Origin: Oikopleura dioica
Taxonomy: Eukaryota > Animalia > Chordata
DNA: 64,000 nucleotides
NCBI GenBank assembly: GCA_907165135.1
Contig: OU015567.1
Coordinates: 1,860,001 to 1,924,000, forward strand
Direction of reading: 5' to 3'
Made by a program: the position numbers and the translations under genes. Within the stretch, counting starts at the first letter, position 1; every line of letters begins with the position of its first letter. This document shows, piece after piece, positions 35,689 to 46,300 of this stretch. The notes beneath the pieces are model-generated. The model searched no databases and had not been told where the DNA came from. It saw only the letters and a program-made list of their open reading frames with translations.

Positions 35689-38593
35689 TGATAGGTCAAG
35701 AATGCCTCCACTCTATTGTGGTCCTGCTCTGCTCTCTAGTCTAACTGTAGCCTCTAGATAACACGGAAAAGGGTAGTTTTGGTGTTGTATTCCAGTTAGG
35801 TGAACACTGACTTGTACACTGAATTGTGTTATGGTTGCACAGACTGAACGCAGTGGAAAAGCGGCGGGCGCCTCCAGATCTCTATCAGATCTAACGGCTT
35901 CTTGCTGACCTAACAGCTCCCCAGTCTTCGAAGTCTTCTGACGATTGGAGACTCTAGAAGTGAAGAAAGAAGTGTAGAGATGATCCAGCGGAAGATGTCC
36001 AATAGGAGTAGAGATGAAAGCGGTGCTGAGCCAAGCGTTTCAATTTCTGATGCGCGTTGATAAGATCGAACCAAGCGAGTAGAAAATATGCAGTCAATTG
36101 GCCAAACAAGAAGGTTTACCTTGGTTGGGCACTCATGTTTTGGAACAATGAGTGGCGCGTTAGCGACTTGGTTTGAGCATAGTTCCAGTTGGCTGATCAG
36201 AACCTGTTGCCAATCAAAGGCGCAACTTTGACGGAGGTTTTGAATATCATCCAGCTCCCCAAACTTTCGGCAAGGCATGAAGTTGGAAGAAGGTTCTAGA
36301 TGAAGCAGACGGGCGGTTTCGCATCGCGTCCAGGTAAGCATCCCCAAGTACATATTTCTTCTCCAATGAGCATTTGAAGTCCAGGAAATGTCGACATCGA
36401 CGAGAAGAGTACTTCGGATTATCGCGGCACTTGAATTCTCGCTAGTTTCGGACCAGTGCGCGTCCAAAAATTTCGGCGAGCTGAAGCTCTTTTGAGCCAG
36501 AGGCGCTCGGGCGTAGCTGCAAAAAGCAACAGAAGTAGCATGGTCGAGCAGTTCACTGTAGCTATCTTCAGACGAAATCGACGAGTCAGCACTTACATCA
36601 GCTGGCTTTTGCTCGGATTCCTGAGTTGAAGTAGGGTCGGCGGCGTGTCTGTTATGCGACTTTTGAGAAGATTCTGGATCTGGCGAGTTCAACGGGAAGT
36701 GCGTGTGAATCGCGACCAGAAGTTCCAGAGTGGTGTCTGTTTGAGCATCAAGAAGCAGCAATCTCTCCAAAATACTCGTGGCCAAAGACATCTTCGCGGC
36801 AACGGCTAGAATTAAATCTGCTTCATGTTGTCGAGTCGAAGGGTGCCACAGAACAAAGACATCATACGCCTCTTTTACCATTGAGGTAAAATCTTCGACG
36901 CTTTTACGACTGATCAAGTCGTATTGAGATGATGATTCCAAGCAGTTGAAGATTTCCAGACGTTCATCGTGGTTGAGACAAGCCTCACTTACAGATTCAT
37001 GAGCGCTTGCGTCGATGGTGCGACGTGTCAGCCGAATCAACCTTTCGCCAACATCGGCGGAAGTGGAGAAAACGGGAGGTAGCTCGCGGGAAACGATGGC
37101 GTCGAGAAGGTCCGATTGAAGTCGACAAGCGTATTCGAAGTCGGCAGTATCGATGAGTTCATGGGGGTGCAGAAGTACGTGCGTCATGAGTGCAGATGCG
37201 CAGTGAACTTTTTGGCGGTGAGCGAAACCAGGCCAAAAAATTTTGCCGTTAAGATCGCATCATGAGCAGCAGCGTAGTCGGCGAAATGGGGGCGATCAGC
37301 AATTCCAACGGATTTCTTCGCGTTTGAAACCCAGCGGACTTGTGGAAAATAGTGGTCGGGTTCTTGGGCAATCGTGCGCTGGCGAAAATCAGCGGCGGCA
37401 GAAGAAGAGGCTTTCTACCTGTGGAGAGCACTGAAGTTGATTCCAAGTCGAATTACTTCGAGTGGCGCGATTCCGCGTCTTTTTCAGCTCCAGCTGTTTC
37501 GGGCGACGTTGAACAAGTAAAGAGGAGTTCAGCAACGGCGGTGATGAGTTAAAGTTGACCCAGCTAGGCGGGCTAGAAGATAACAAGTCGGGCAGTACGT
37601 CTCGGGAAGTTTGAGTCGACCAGTACGAGGCAGTGGTAGAAAGGGCGCTTCCGTTGGCGTCGTTGTTGAAGTCGAAGGTGTTGCGAACAGCGCGGTCACT
37701 GTTGGCCTGGTCGTTGGCGTGATGAAAAGAGCGGTCGAGTGTACACGAGACTTGATTTACCTCAAAGAAGCGCTCAAGTTTTTGAAAAACTATGAGCGGC
37801 GCGTTGTACGCGTCTTTGGGTCGTGACTTTACTAGCAGAAGTCCATCAGCAACAATTCGGTTGGTCCAAGCAGAAGTAGCGGTGTTGGCGGGAGATGTTG
37901 TGATTGCGCGCGGGAGTTGGCGGAATCAGCAACGGCAACGGTTGTTTTTGACCTGGCGCGCGAAGGTTGGGCCAAGTTGACTGTGGTGCGGCGGTCGACA
38001 CGTCAGCAAACAGTCGAAAACAAGTTCGTCTAGGTCCAGAGTTGAGCGGCAGAATTCCGGTAGTGCTTAACTTGGCGGCAGAATCGATGAAGTCGAAACA
38101 AGTACCTGCGTTGACCCCGAGTAATAAACTGATTAAGTTTATTTACTCCTTCAGGGGCTTTGTGACGAGCAAATTCAGGCAGTTCCGAGGTAAGAATCAC
38201 CGTTCGTGGCGGAGCAAGTATCAGCAGAAATCCAGCGGTTCAAAGGTCTCCAGGAGTCTCCCAGATCGCGTAGTGGCCGAGTGAAACCAGGCGATCGAGC
38301 GTGTTACTTATCGTGAAGTAGTCCAGTGTCCGGCGAAAGCAAATGAGCACATCTGTTGTCACCAGTTGATAGGTCAAGAATGCCTCCACTCTATTGTGGT
38401 CCTGCTCTGCTCTCTAGTCTAACTGTAGCCTCTAGATAACACGGAAAAGGGTAGTTTTGGTGTTGTATTCCAGTTAGGTGAACACTGACTTGTACACTGA
38501 ATTGTGTTATGGTTGCACAGACTGAACGCAGTGGAAAAGCGGCGGGCGCCTCCAGATCTCTATCAGATCTAACGGCTTCTTGCTGACCTAACA
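35689..38593 (-). mobile_element. Non-autonomous LTR retrotransposon (2.9 kb)
   Basis: 227-bp LTRs at 35689-35915 and 38367-38593 with no difference noticed. TG...CA ends. 5-bp TSD GTAAA. PBS TGGTGAC. Short PPT-like CTGGGGAGC. Confidence 0.93.
35910..37187 (-). CDS. 425-aa orphan ORF of the LTR element
   Basis: Long uninterrupted ORF whose stop lies in the first bases of the 3' LTR. No RT, RNase H, integrase or CCHC motif recognised. Confidence 0.6.
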   Translation of the reverse strand: MTHVLLHPHELIDTADFEYACRLQSDLLDAIVSRELPPVFSTSADVGERLIRLTRRTIDASAHESVSEACLNHDERLEIFNCLESSSQYDLISRKSVEDFTSMVKEAYDVFVLWHPSTRQHEADLILAVAAKMSLATSILERLLLLDAQTDTTLELLVAIHTHFPLNSPDPESSQKSHNRHAADPTSTQESEQKPADVSADSSISSEDSYSELLDHATSVAFCSYARAPLAQKSFSSPKFLDAHWSETSENSSAAIIRSTLLVDVDISWTSNAHWRRNMYLGMLTWTRCETARLLHLEPSSNFMPCRKFGELDDIQNLRQSCAFDWQQVLISQLELCSNQVANAPLIVPKHECPTKVNLLVWPIDCIFSTRLVRSYQRASEIETLGSAPLSSLLLLDIFRWIISTLLSSLLESPIVRRLRRLGSC

Positions 38594-38628
38594 GTAAATA
38601 TTGACGATCCTAAGGTTGGTGCCCTTAA

Positions 38629-39022
38629 GGGGTAGAACTAGGTTTTTCGAAAAAAGCCGATTCTAAACCGGCGCTCAAAGCCAGGAGAGCTTAGATTTTC
38701 AAATTCTCTCTTCGGTTTAAGAATAAACAAACTTAGATCGTACAACATTTTTCTTAAAATTTTTTTTCGTTAACACATTTTGGCGCTAGAGAGCGAAACG
38801 TCAACCCACCTCTTCAAAAATTGCAATTTTAGCGTATTCGCGTCCTCAAATTTATCGAGTCACGTGACTAGCCAAATTTTTAAAATCTCATTTTAAGATT
38901 GTTTAGCCATTTATCTAGCATTATTTTTGAGGAAATTGCGTAATTATAAGCAATAACAGGTTTTTCTTAATTAAAGTGCCTCCCGAAAATCACGGTTTTT
39001 CCGAAAATCTAGTTCTACCCCC
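38629..39022. mobile_element. Kolobok-type MITE in a TLC-gene intron
   Basis: TTAA|GGGGTAGAACTAG...CTAGTTCTACCCCC|TTAA. Confidence 0.88.
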
Positions 39023-39608
39023 TTAAATGCTGATTTACCTTATGCTTATTGCATCATTAGCTTGGGTTGAAAATATTGTAGAAATCCCGGAAAGAAACAT
39101 AAGATTGACAAGAGGCGTTGAAAGTTCAGAAGTTAGTCGATAAATCGCAAAGTAAGAAAGAACATCCCATTTGAGAGTCATAAAAAATCCAAGTAATCCG
39201 AATAGATGATGGCCGAAAATCGGCCATTGTTCTTGAGGGTTATCTTTAAACTCTCTGAAAGAATCATCTGCAAAAGAACCTGATAAAAACAGTACTTGCA
39301 GAGGCAAACTTTTAGCAAAGAAAGGATTTTACAATCTGGTTGAATCGTTTCATCGATCAAATATTGGTAAAATTTGTCGTTTTCAGCCATTTTCGCGGCG
39401 GTAAAATCATCGAACAAATAATATCCAGCCAAAGATAAACCCAGAACCAGAGTTTCAAAGGCAAAAAAACTATTTCCACGGTCAAAAATATGACACTTTT
39501 TGACGAGAAATTGAAAATGTGCTCTGACCAAGTCCTAAAAACTAATGAAAGAATGAATGTTGAGATTCGCGAGCTTCCACTTATCGGATTTTCAATAAGT
39601 TCTTCATC

Positions 39609-39772
39609 AAGGGGTCTGGATTTTGCCCGAAAGTGAAAAGCGAAAGCGAAGCGAAGGCGAAATTTTTTAAAAAAATTTTAGTGAAGGCGAAGCGAAGCGA
39701 ATTAAAGCGAATTCGCTTCGCCTCGCTTCGCTTCGCTATATGGCGATTTCGCAAAGCGAATCCAGACCCCTG
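39609..39772. mobile_element. MITE with (C)AGGGG termini, 7-bp TSD and (GCGAA)n core, in a TLC exon
   Basis: AGGGGTCTGGATT...AATCCAGACCCCTG. CTTCATC at 39602-39608 and 39773-39779. Confidence 0.85.
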
Positions 39773-40034
39773 CTTCATCGAATAGCAAAGCCCAAAGAGA
39801 AAATAATGAAACAACTAGAAGTATGGGAAAAATATAGGAATGATGCCGAAAAATATTGCTTACCGAGAGTCATGAAAAACGAGTTGATAATTTCGGCTGC
39901 TTTAAATCTTGTAAAATAATCAGTTTTCTTGAGTCTCAAACAATTTTCTCTTGATAGAAATGTAGGAACCAATCCAAAAACAGCGTAGACTTGCAATAAG
40001 GTAAGAAAACACATCTGCAAAGATCAATTTTTAA

Positions 40035-40695
40035 GGGGGAGGTCGTCGGAAATTTTTTTGTCGATTTTCAAATTTTTGATTATTTTTTTGAATTCTCCAT
40101 AAAAAAAGAATCACTTTTGGTCTCCAGCTTTTTTTGATTGGATAAACTTTGATATAGAAAATTTTCGATTTTAGGTCATTAAGTCGAGATATTTCGGAAT
40201 TTTAGAATTTGTTTTTTCGCACTTAAACCAATAAAACTTAATTTTCTTATGAATTATATATTTTTCTTATCAGATTAGAACTGTTAATATCAAAAAATTA
40301 CGGGTTTTGGCAATTTTTTGGAAAATTTCAAGAAAAATAAGTGAAAAATAACGATTTTTAGCAAAAGCGACATTTTTAAATCGGCCGTTACGACCTTAAT
40401 TACCATTGCAAGCCTATTTTTCTTCCACGTTGGCCTCTAAATCTTCGTCTGAAGAGTATTTTCCATAAGTAAAATTTTTAAAATTTTCGAGGATTTGGCC
40501 GAAATCCTTGTTAAGAGTAGGGTCATCTTTAAGTAAAATTTTCTCCAACATCACATATTTTTTTGTCAATTTTTCCCACGTTGGCCCCTCCATTTAACCC
40601 TTTTCTATCAGACAAAAAACGAATAAAAATTTTTCATAATAAATTTATGGAGTTATGCTTGTTAAAAGCACCTCTAAAAACCGACCACCTCCCCC
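40035..40695. mobile_element. Kolobok-type MITE in TLC intron 1
   Basis: TTAA|GGGGGAGGT(C/G)GTCGG...CCGACCACCTCCCCC|TTAA. Confidence 0.88.
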
Positions 40696-40963
40696 TTAAT
40701 GTTAAAAAAGCAAAGAACTTACCAATAAAGTAATTTCAATTGTGAACATCCCTTGAAAAATGTTGTTGTTATCTCTTGAAGCTAATTTTCAATGTAAGCC
40801 ACTTCCTGTCGGCGTCAAATTATTAAAAAAATATGTATCCTTTTCTCAAAATTGAATTTCGATAAATTATGACAAATTTTTTTTTCTAGAATTATTGACA
40901 AAGGATGAAAAAAATCAATTTCGAATTCAGTTCTCAAATTTTTGACAACGTAAAAGGCAGAAA

Positions 40964-41272
40964 ATGGATTGTTCTACTCGATGCTGCGAAGGTAAATTTA
41001 TTCCGCGAAAGGGTCTAGCAAGTGGAAATTTTTAGCTTCCTGCGAAGGTTGCGTCTCTTGTCCGCCAGGATGTGATCCTTGCAAATGCTCTTTGGATTCT
41101 TGCAAGAAAGTTTGCCAAGGTAATTTTTTTATCAAAAAGGGCCACCCCCTATTTCTTCTATTCTCAAGGCTGCCGAGACTGTCCTCCAGGATGTGACCCG
41201 TGCAAATGCTCAAAATGCTCCGCAAATGGCTGCAAATGTTCCTGCTGCGCTGCAACAAACACATCCGCCTAA
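40964..41272 (+). CDS. MT1: Metallothionein, Oikopleura MT1-type (3 exons)
   Basis: MDCSTRCCE|ASCEGCVSCPPGCDPCKCSLDSCKKVCQ|GCRDCPPGCDPCKCSKCSANGCKCSCCAATNTSA*, with the duplicated CxxCPPGCDPCKC unit. Confidence 0.92.
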
Positions 41273-41357
41273 AAACATATTTGAGATCTTTTTTCTTTTC
41301 TAAATTTTATTTTTTTCTGAAAATATATGCTTTTCTTTTCTAAAAAAATAATGATAT

Positions 41358-42071
41358 TTAAGGGCATCCTCTTGCAAGGCTTTTTTTCAAGTCTGAATAG
41401 AAGAGGGTTCCTTTCAGGCGTTGAATTTTTGAAAAATATTCATCCCTTATCCTCGTATAAATCTCGTTTGTCGAACAAACTTTATAAGTTTCATATCCTG
41501 GTATTTCGTCAACGCTTATGAAGACATCCGGGTCTTGCTCGGGCTCAAATCTGCAAGAAACTCCAGCTATGTAATAGCATTTCCAGTCGTTCATCAGATT
41601 GTTGCCCCAATAATTAAACACCAAACAGTCTTCTCCTCCATTCCAGTTGTCTGGCTGACCGGAGGACCATTTCAAATGCATTGATTCTATAAAAAAAATC
41701 CAAAGAAAAAGACAAAATTTTGATAAACCTCGAGAAACCGAAAGCCAGGTCCCTTCGTTAACAGAATCGGATCCTCCTAGCCATGTTCTTGTTGGGTTTA
41801 GCTCCAAAAACTATTTCAAATTTTTGATTTTTAAGAAACTTTTGATCTTACTTCGTCAAACTGCGATTTATCTTCAAACCAAGCGAGTTCTCCTCCTTTA
41901 TCTTTGCAGCATTCAACGGCCTCATCCCATGTTTTCAAGACTCCAGGATACTGCTCGAATTCCACTCGGTTATGTTTCGCTGTTATTAAAGTCAAAAAAT
42001 TAAAAAGTAATTCATTCATGCCAAAATATAGAAAAATGAAAAAAGAACAAGTTTTACCGAAATTTTGTCAT
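41358..42071 (-). CDS. C-type lectin domain protein
   Basis: KTWDEAVECCKDKGGELA, TWLGGSD..NEGTW, WSSGQPDNWNGGEDC, MNDWKC. The QPD motif indicates galactose-type binding. Confidence 0.88.
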
Positions 42072-42323
42072 CTAAAAATAAAAAAAGCGTGAATTATTAA
42101 TCATAAGGAGAATGTCGATTAACACGTGCGAAAATAAGTTTTGTTGTTTTTCATAACAAAATTCTTTGTTCAATATAAAAAATGGGAAAGGCCGAGTAGG
42201 GTCGACTTATGACGACATCTTGTTCTCTAGCTTTTTTTCTTCCTCAGCCTTAACGGCGTCGTAAAAGTCTACATTACTTTTTTCAGTGGAAACGAATGCG
42301 TTCATGCTCTTTCACTCATCAAA

Positions 42324-43933
42324 ATGGCAGCAGCGCGGCCGGTCGTTTCGGTCTATTCTAGAGATGGAAAACCAACTGAAGATACTGTCAATCTTCCAGC
42401 TGTTTTCAAGGTTAGTTAGGTTTTGCAGGATAACTTACTGTAATCGCTTGTGAAGGCTCCTATTCGAACAGATATCGTTCAATTCGTCCACACAAATCTG
42501 AGCAAAAACGCAAGACAACCGTATGCCGTCTCAAAGGTAGCTGGGGAGCAAACTTCTGCCGAATCGTGGGGAACTGGCCGAGCAGTAGCTCGAATTCCCC
42601 GAGTTCGTGGCGGCGGAACTTCGCGATCTGGAGCAGCGGCTTTTGGAAACATGTGTCGCGGGGGGAGAATGTTCAACCCGACCAAGACCTGGCGCAACTG
42701 GCATCGTCGGGTTAACATAACTCAGAGGCGATTTGCGACGGTTTCTGCTATCGCCGCTACTGGTATTCCTGCTCTCGCGATGGCCAAAGGCCACAGGATT
42801 GAAAGCGTTCCTGAATTTCCTCTTGTCCTTGAGAGCGCGGTTGAAAGCATAAAAAAGACAAAAGAAGCGGCAAAAGTATTGAGAAACGTCGGAGCTCTAG
42901 AAGACATCAGAAGAGTAAGGGAGACGAGAAGATTCAGAGCAGGGCGAGGAAAAATACGAAATCGAAGACGAGTTCAGAAAAGAGGGCCGCTAATAGGATC
43001 GGATGATTAATGACGATCGGATATGCCGGAAATAATAACTTTTTTTCCACCTTAGTTTTTATTCATTTTCATGTCTTTTTTTTATCGAAAGTCGTAAATT
43101 ATCCCTTTCAAGTGTACAAAAACGACGATGGAATCGTGCGCGCGATGAGAAATCTTCCTGGTGTCACGCTGCTTCCGGTTGATCAGTTGAACCTTTTGAA
43201 ACTGGCTCCTGGAGGTCACGTCGGCCGGTTTACCATTTACACGCAGGCTGCTTTCGAGGCTCTTGATCGGGTCTACTCAGCGAAGAACAAGAAGGGTTTC
43301 TCGATGCCTCGCTCGACTGTTTCGAATCCAGACCTTCAACGAGTCCTCCAAGCTGATGAAGTCAGAGCAGCCTTGAAACCAAGAGGTTTTGCATCAAAAC
43401 GAACAACAGTTAAGAAGAATCCGTTGAAGAACATCAAGGCGATGCTCAAATTAAACCCCTACGCGGCGGTAGAAAAACGGGCTCGCTGGAAATCGGCAAT
43501 ACGCAATACGAAAGAAAAGGGGAAAACAGACGAACAGGACAAAGATGAAGATGAAGAGATGGAAATCACGATTCTGCGACCGAATGTCGTTGAGAACGCT
43601 CCGTCTCTTCGAAATAAAGAAAGTGAAGATGACGAAATGGATGACTTTGAACTAAAAATAGCACAAAATTCAGAAGTAAAAAGCGGCCTTCGGGAAAAAG
43701 AGTCCTCAGACGAAGACATAGAAGAAATTGATATCCATTTCACCGGAAGTACGCAGGTCAAGAACAATCGTCCAGGAAACGAATCTTCTGATGAGTCATC
43801 ATCAGACGAGGATGATTTACCGGAAATTTCAATCCAGACGAATACTGTAGTTGAAAGCTCGATGGTCAGGTCCAGGGTAGTGAAAAAACGAGTACAAAGA
43901 AAAAAGTGCCGCTTATTTGTCCAGTATGCATAA
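42324..43933 (+). CDS. RPL4: 60S ribosomal protein L4 (uL4) with an unusual acidic C-terminal extension
   Basis: [17 protein letters not shown]|[60 protein letters not shown]. Introns at 42411-42456 (GT-AG) and 42997-43112 (GA-AG). Confidence 0.93.
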
Positions 43934-43973
43934 TTCTATACTTTCTTCTGAAATTCGTTTTCATTCAAATCAG

Positions 43974-44905
43974 AGCGAAATGGTTTTTCATGAAGAAAAT
44001 CGCTTTCTTAGTTTGAGTTTTGCCGCGGCAACTTGTCTCCCTTTTTGTTACTGCTTTTTTACACCCCGTAAAAGTGACGATGAAATATTTCACGATGTAA
44101 TCGTTGTTCTCGACGGATCGGATTCCTTCAATAGGACTTTCAATTCGGAAGCTTTTGATGTGGCACAAAAATTGGTTTTTGACGATTTGGCTCCTCGACT
44201 TGCTGAGAAATTTGGCAAGAATTGTGGGATGAGTCTCGTTCAGTTCTCTGGGATCAAAAAGCTGACCAAATCATACGTTCCGGGTAATAAAAAAGGCTCT
44301 GTTCTAGAGTCAAGTCTTTTTTCTAGGTTCTGGTGGAAAAGCAGATTCATCAGGAGTCCTAGCTCACTGGCAAATTGAATGCGATCACGTGCACCCCTCC
44401 AACGCGAAAATAAATCCAGAGAGTAGCTCTTTCGACGGAAATGGCCAGTTGTTTTTGTGTCTTCAAGATTTGAGCTTGGAGAATTTCATCACGGATTTGG
44501 ACAAAATGCTTCCGATAAGCAAAGACAGAGAAAGAAAGCAATATCTTCTGGTCATCACTGACGACGGTAATGAAGTTGAGGCCAACTTTGTTTATGAAAT
44601 TGTTTTCAGAGTGGGATATGAACGGGCTTAGAACACCGGAAGGAACGGAAGCTACTGAAGAAGAGGTAAAAAATGACTTCTGGTTGTTGTTCCATCACTT
44701 GAATTTTTTAAAGGTGACCGCGCGAGCAAAACAGCACTACGAAATCTTCCCAATCATCGTTCGTGACAACCGAGCAAGCAATAACAACGAAGAATTCATC
44801 TCAACTCATCTCGCTTCTCGACCAGAAAATGTTCAGAAGGTCTTTTCCAACTCTTTTGAAGAGAATCTGACTGCTGCTTTTGAGAAAATTGTCAGTTCGA
44901 TTTGA
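43974..44905 (+). CDS. VWA-domain coding exons (separate gene or spliced to the RPL4 tail)
   Basis: DVIVVLDGSDSF (MIDAS DxSxS), SLVQFSG, LLVITDD. Short GT-AG introns. Confidence 0.8.
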
Positions 44906-46300
44906 CGAAAAATTACGTCGAAAAAATACATTGCTAGGAAAATGAACTTTTTATTCGTCTGGTTTTCCGTAGGGAATGACGCAGCTATTCGAGATTTTGA
45001 GCTTCGGGAGATATCGTCTTCGAGCATTGCTAGAAAAGAATTTCTTGTCAAATATATTTTTGAGAAAGTACCTGAGCCAGTTTTGAATCTGAGCCTTTTG
45101 CATTCCGGTTTTCGCGGCAAGCTCATTTTTCTCATCTTGAAAATTGTCACTTTATCTTTCAGAAAAAACAAGGTACCTTCGGAGGGATACGGATGGTCGC
45201 AGTTCAGGAAAAGCCAGAGAAAAAGAGCTGCAGTTTTGTCTTTTCTTGAAAACGATTTCAATTTTTATGCGATTTTGAAAAAAATAATGTTTGAAATCGC
45301 TCCCTGGAATCTTCGAAAGGCTCGTTTTTCACAATTTGCGAGATGACAGCCGACATCTTTGTTGAGCGTTCTTTCACGATTGCCTTTTCAATTCCATCAG
45401 AGGCAGAAAAGAGCGCAATACTACCTGGAAGAATGTATGAATCTTTCGAATATGGACAACATCCGTGAGCTGTTTGCAAAGATTGACGATCAAAAAGTCG
45501 AACTTAATTTCAGAGTATTCATGTTTGCAGCTTTTTCGAATTTTTGTGGAAGAATGAGTACTTTCCTGTGTAGCACATCCAACAAAAAGGTCGTACAAGT
45601 ACGATTCATTGTAGTCAGAGCAAGATCTTTTTCGAAAATTTCGGCAAAACTCGAAAAAGAGCGGGACGGAAGATTCCCCCTTGTTGATGATGCTCTTGAT
45701 CAGCCTTTTCGCAAGCTGGGCTTTTTTCAAAATGTCAGAATATGCCTGAAGTGTTTGAGCATCAGTGAACTGAAAGAAAATGAAGGAGAGACAAGGGATG
45801 AGTATTAGTAATATTATATTACGATGGTGAAATTGGTTGTGATATCTTCAGCGAGGTCGACCACGGAAGCAGCGATTGTCATAAGAGGATGGCTGAAAAT
45901 TGCAATTAAAGAAACACCATAAATCCGTTTTCGGATAAATTATTGGGGAAAACTGAAAATTTCAAGGGTGATGATTATAAGCCAGTACTACCGCACTCTT
46001 GATAAAAGTCGATTAGTGACTCGATTTGAGATTATTCTTACACATGGAAAGCAAGTTCCTCATCAATATAGCCCCCATTTCTCATCTTGGGCAAATTCGC
46101 TATTCCAAAGAACAAATCTCTTGAATTCATTTTCCTCGTTTTCCCTCTGTTTTTCTCTCACTTAGTCTAATTCAGAATATAATCACTTTCTTAATAAAAT
46201 TTTACGCTCTACCGATTTCAGAACTTTATTATCCGCCTCACTGACTTCACAAACATATTTATTGAAATTCATTTCATATTTCATATAATAATTTATTCGC

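Larger units (their letters stand above)
35450..40749 (-). pseudogene. TLC-domain (TMEM56/TLCD4-like) membrane protein gene disrupted by TE insertions
   Basis: FGHHLFGLLG, YRLTSELSTPLVNL, FFCCRIFP and IYWAIIIIK are TLC hallmarks. The last exon is split by the LTR element (NIY|ILSSF) and an earlier exon by a MITE (FDE|ELIENP). Confidence 0.85.

Noticed and set aside
39609-39772. Splicing-out of the exonic MITE in the TLC gene
   Set aside because: No GT or GC donor and AG acceptor pair restores frame, and the gene is independently broken by the LTR insertion.
44942-45920. Plus-strand ORF fragments after the VWA exons, and minus-strand fragments at 48287-49550 and 60830-61690
   Set aside because: Possibly real genes, but I could not establish an exon structure or family.
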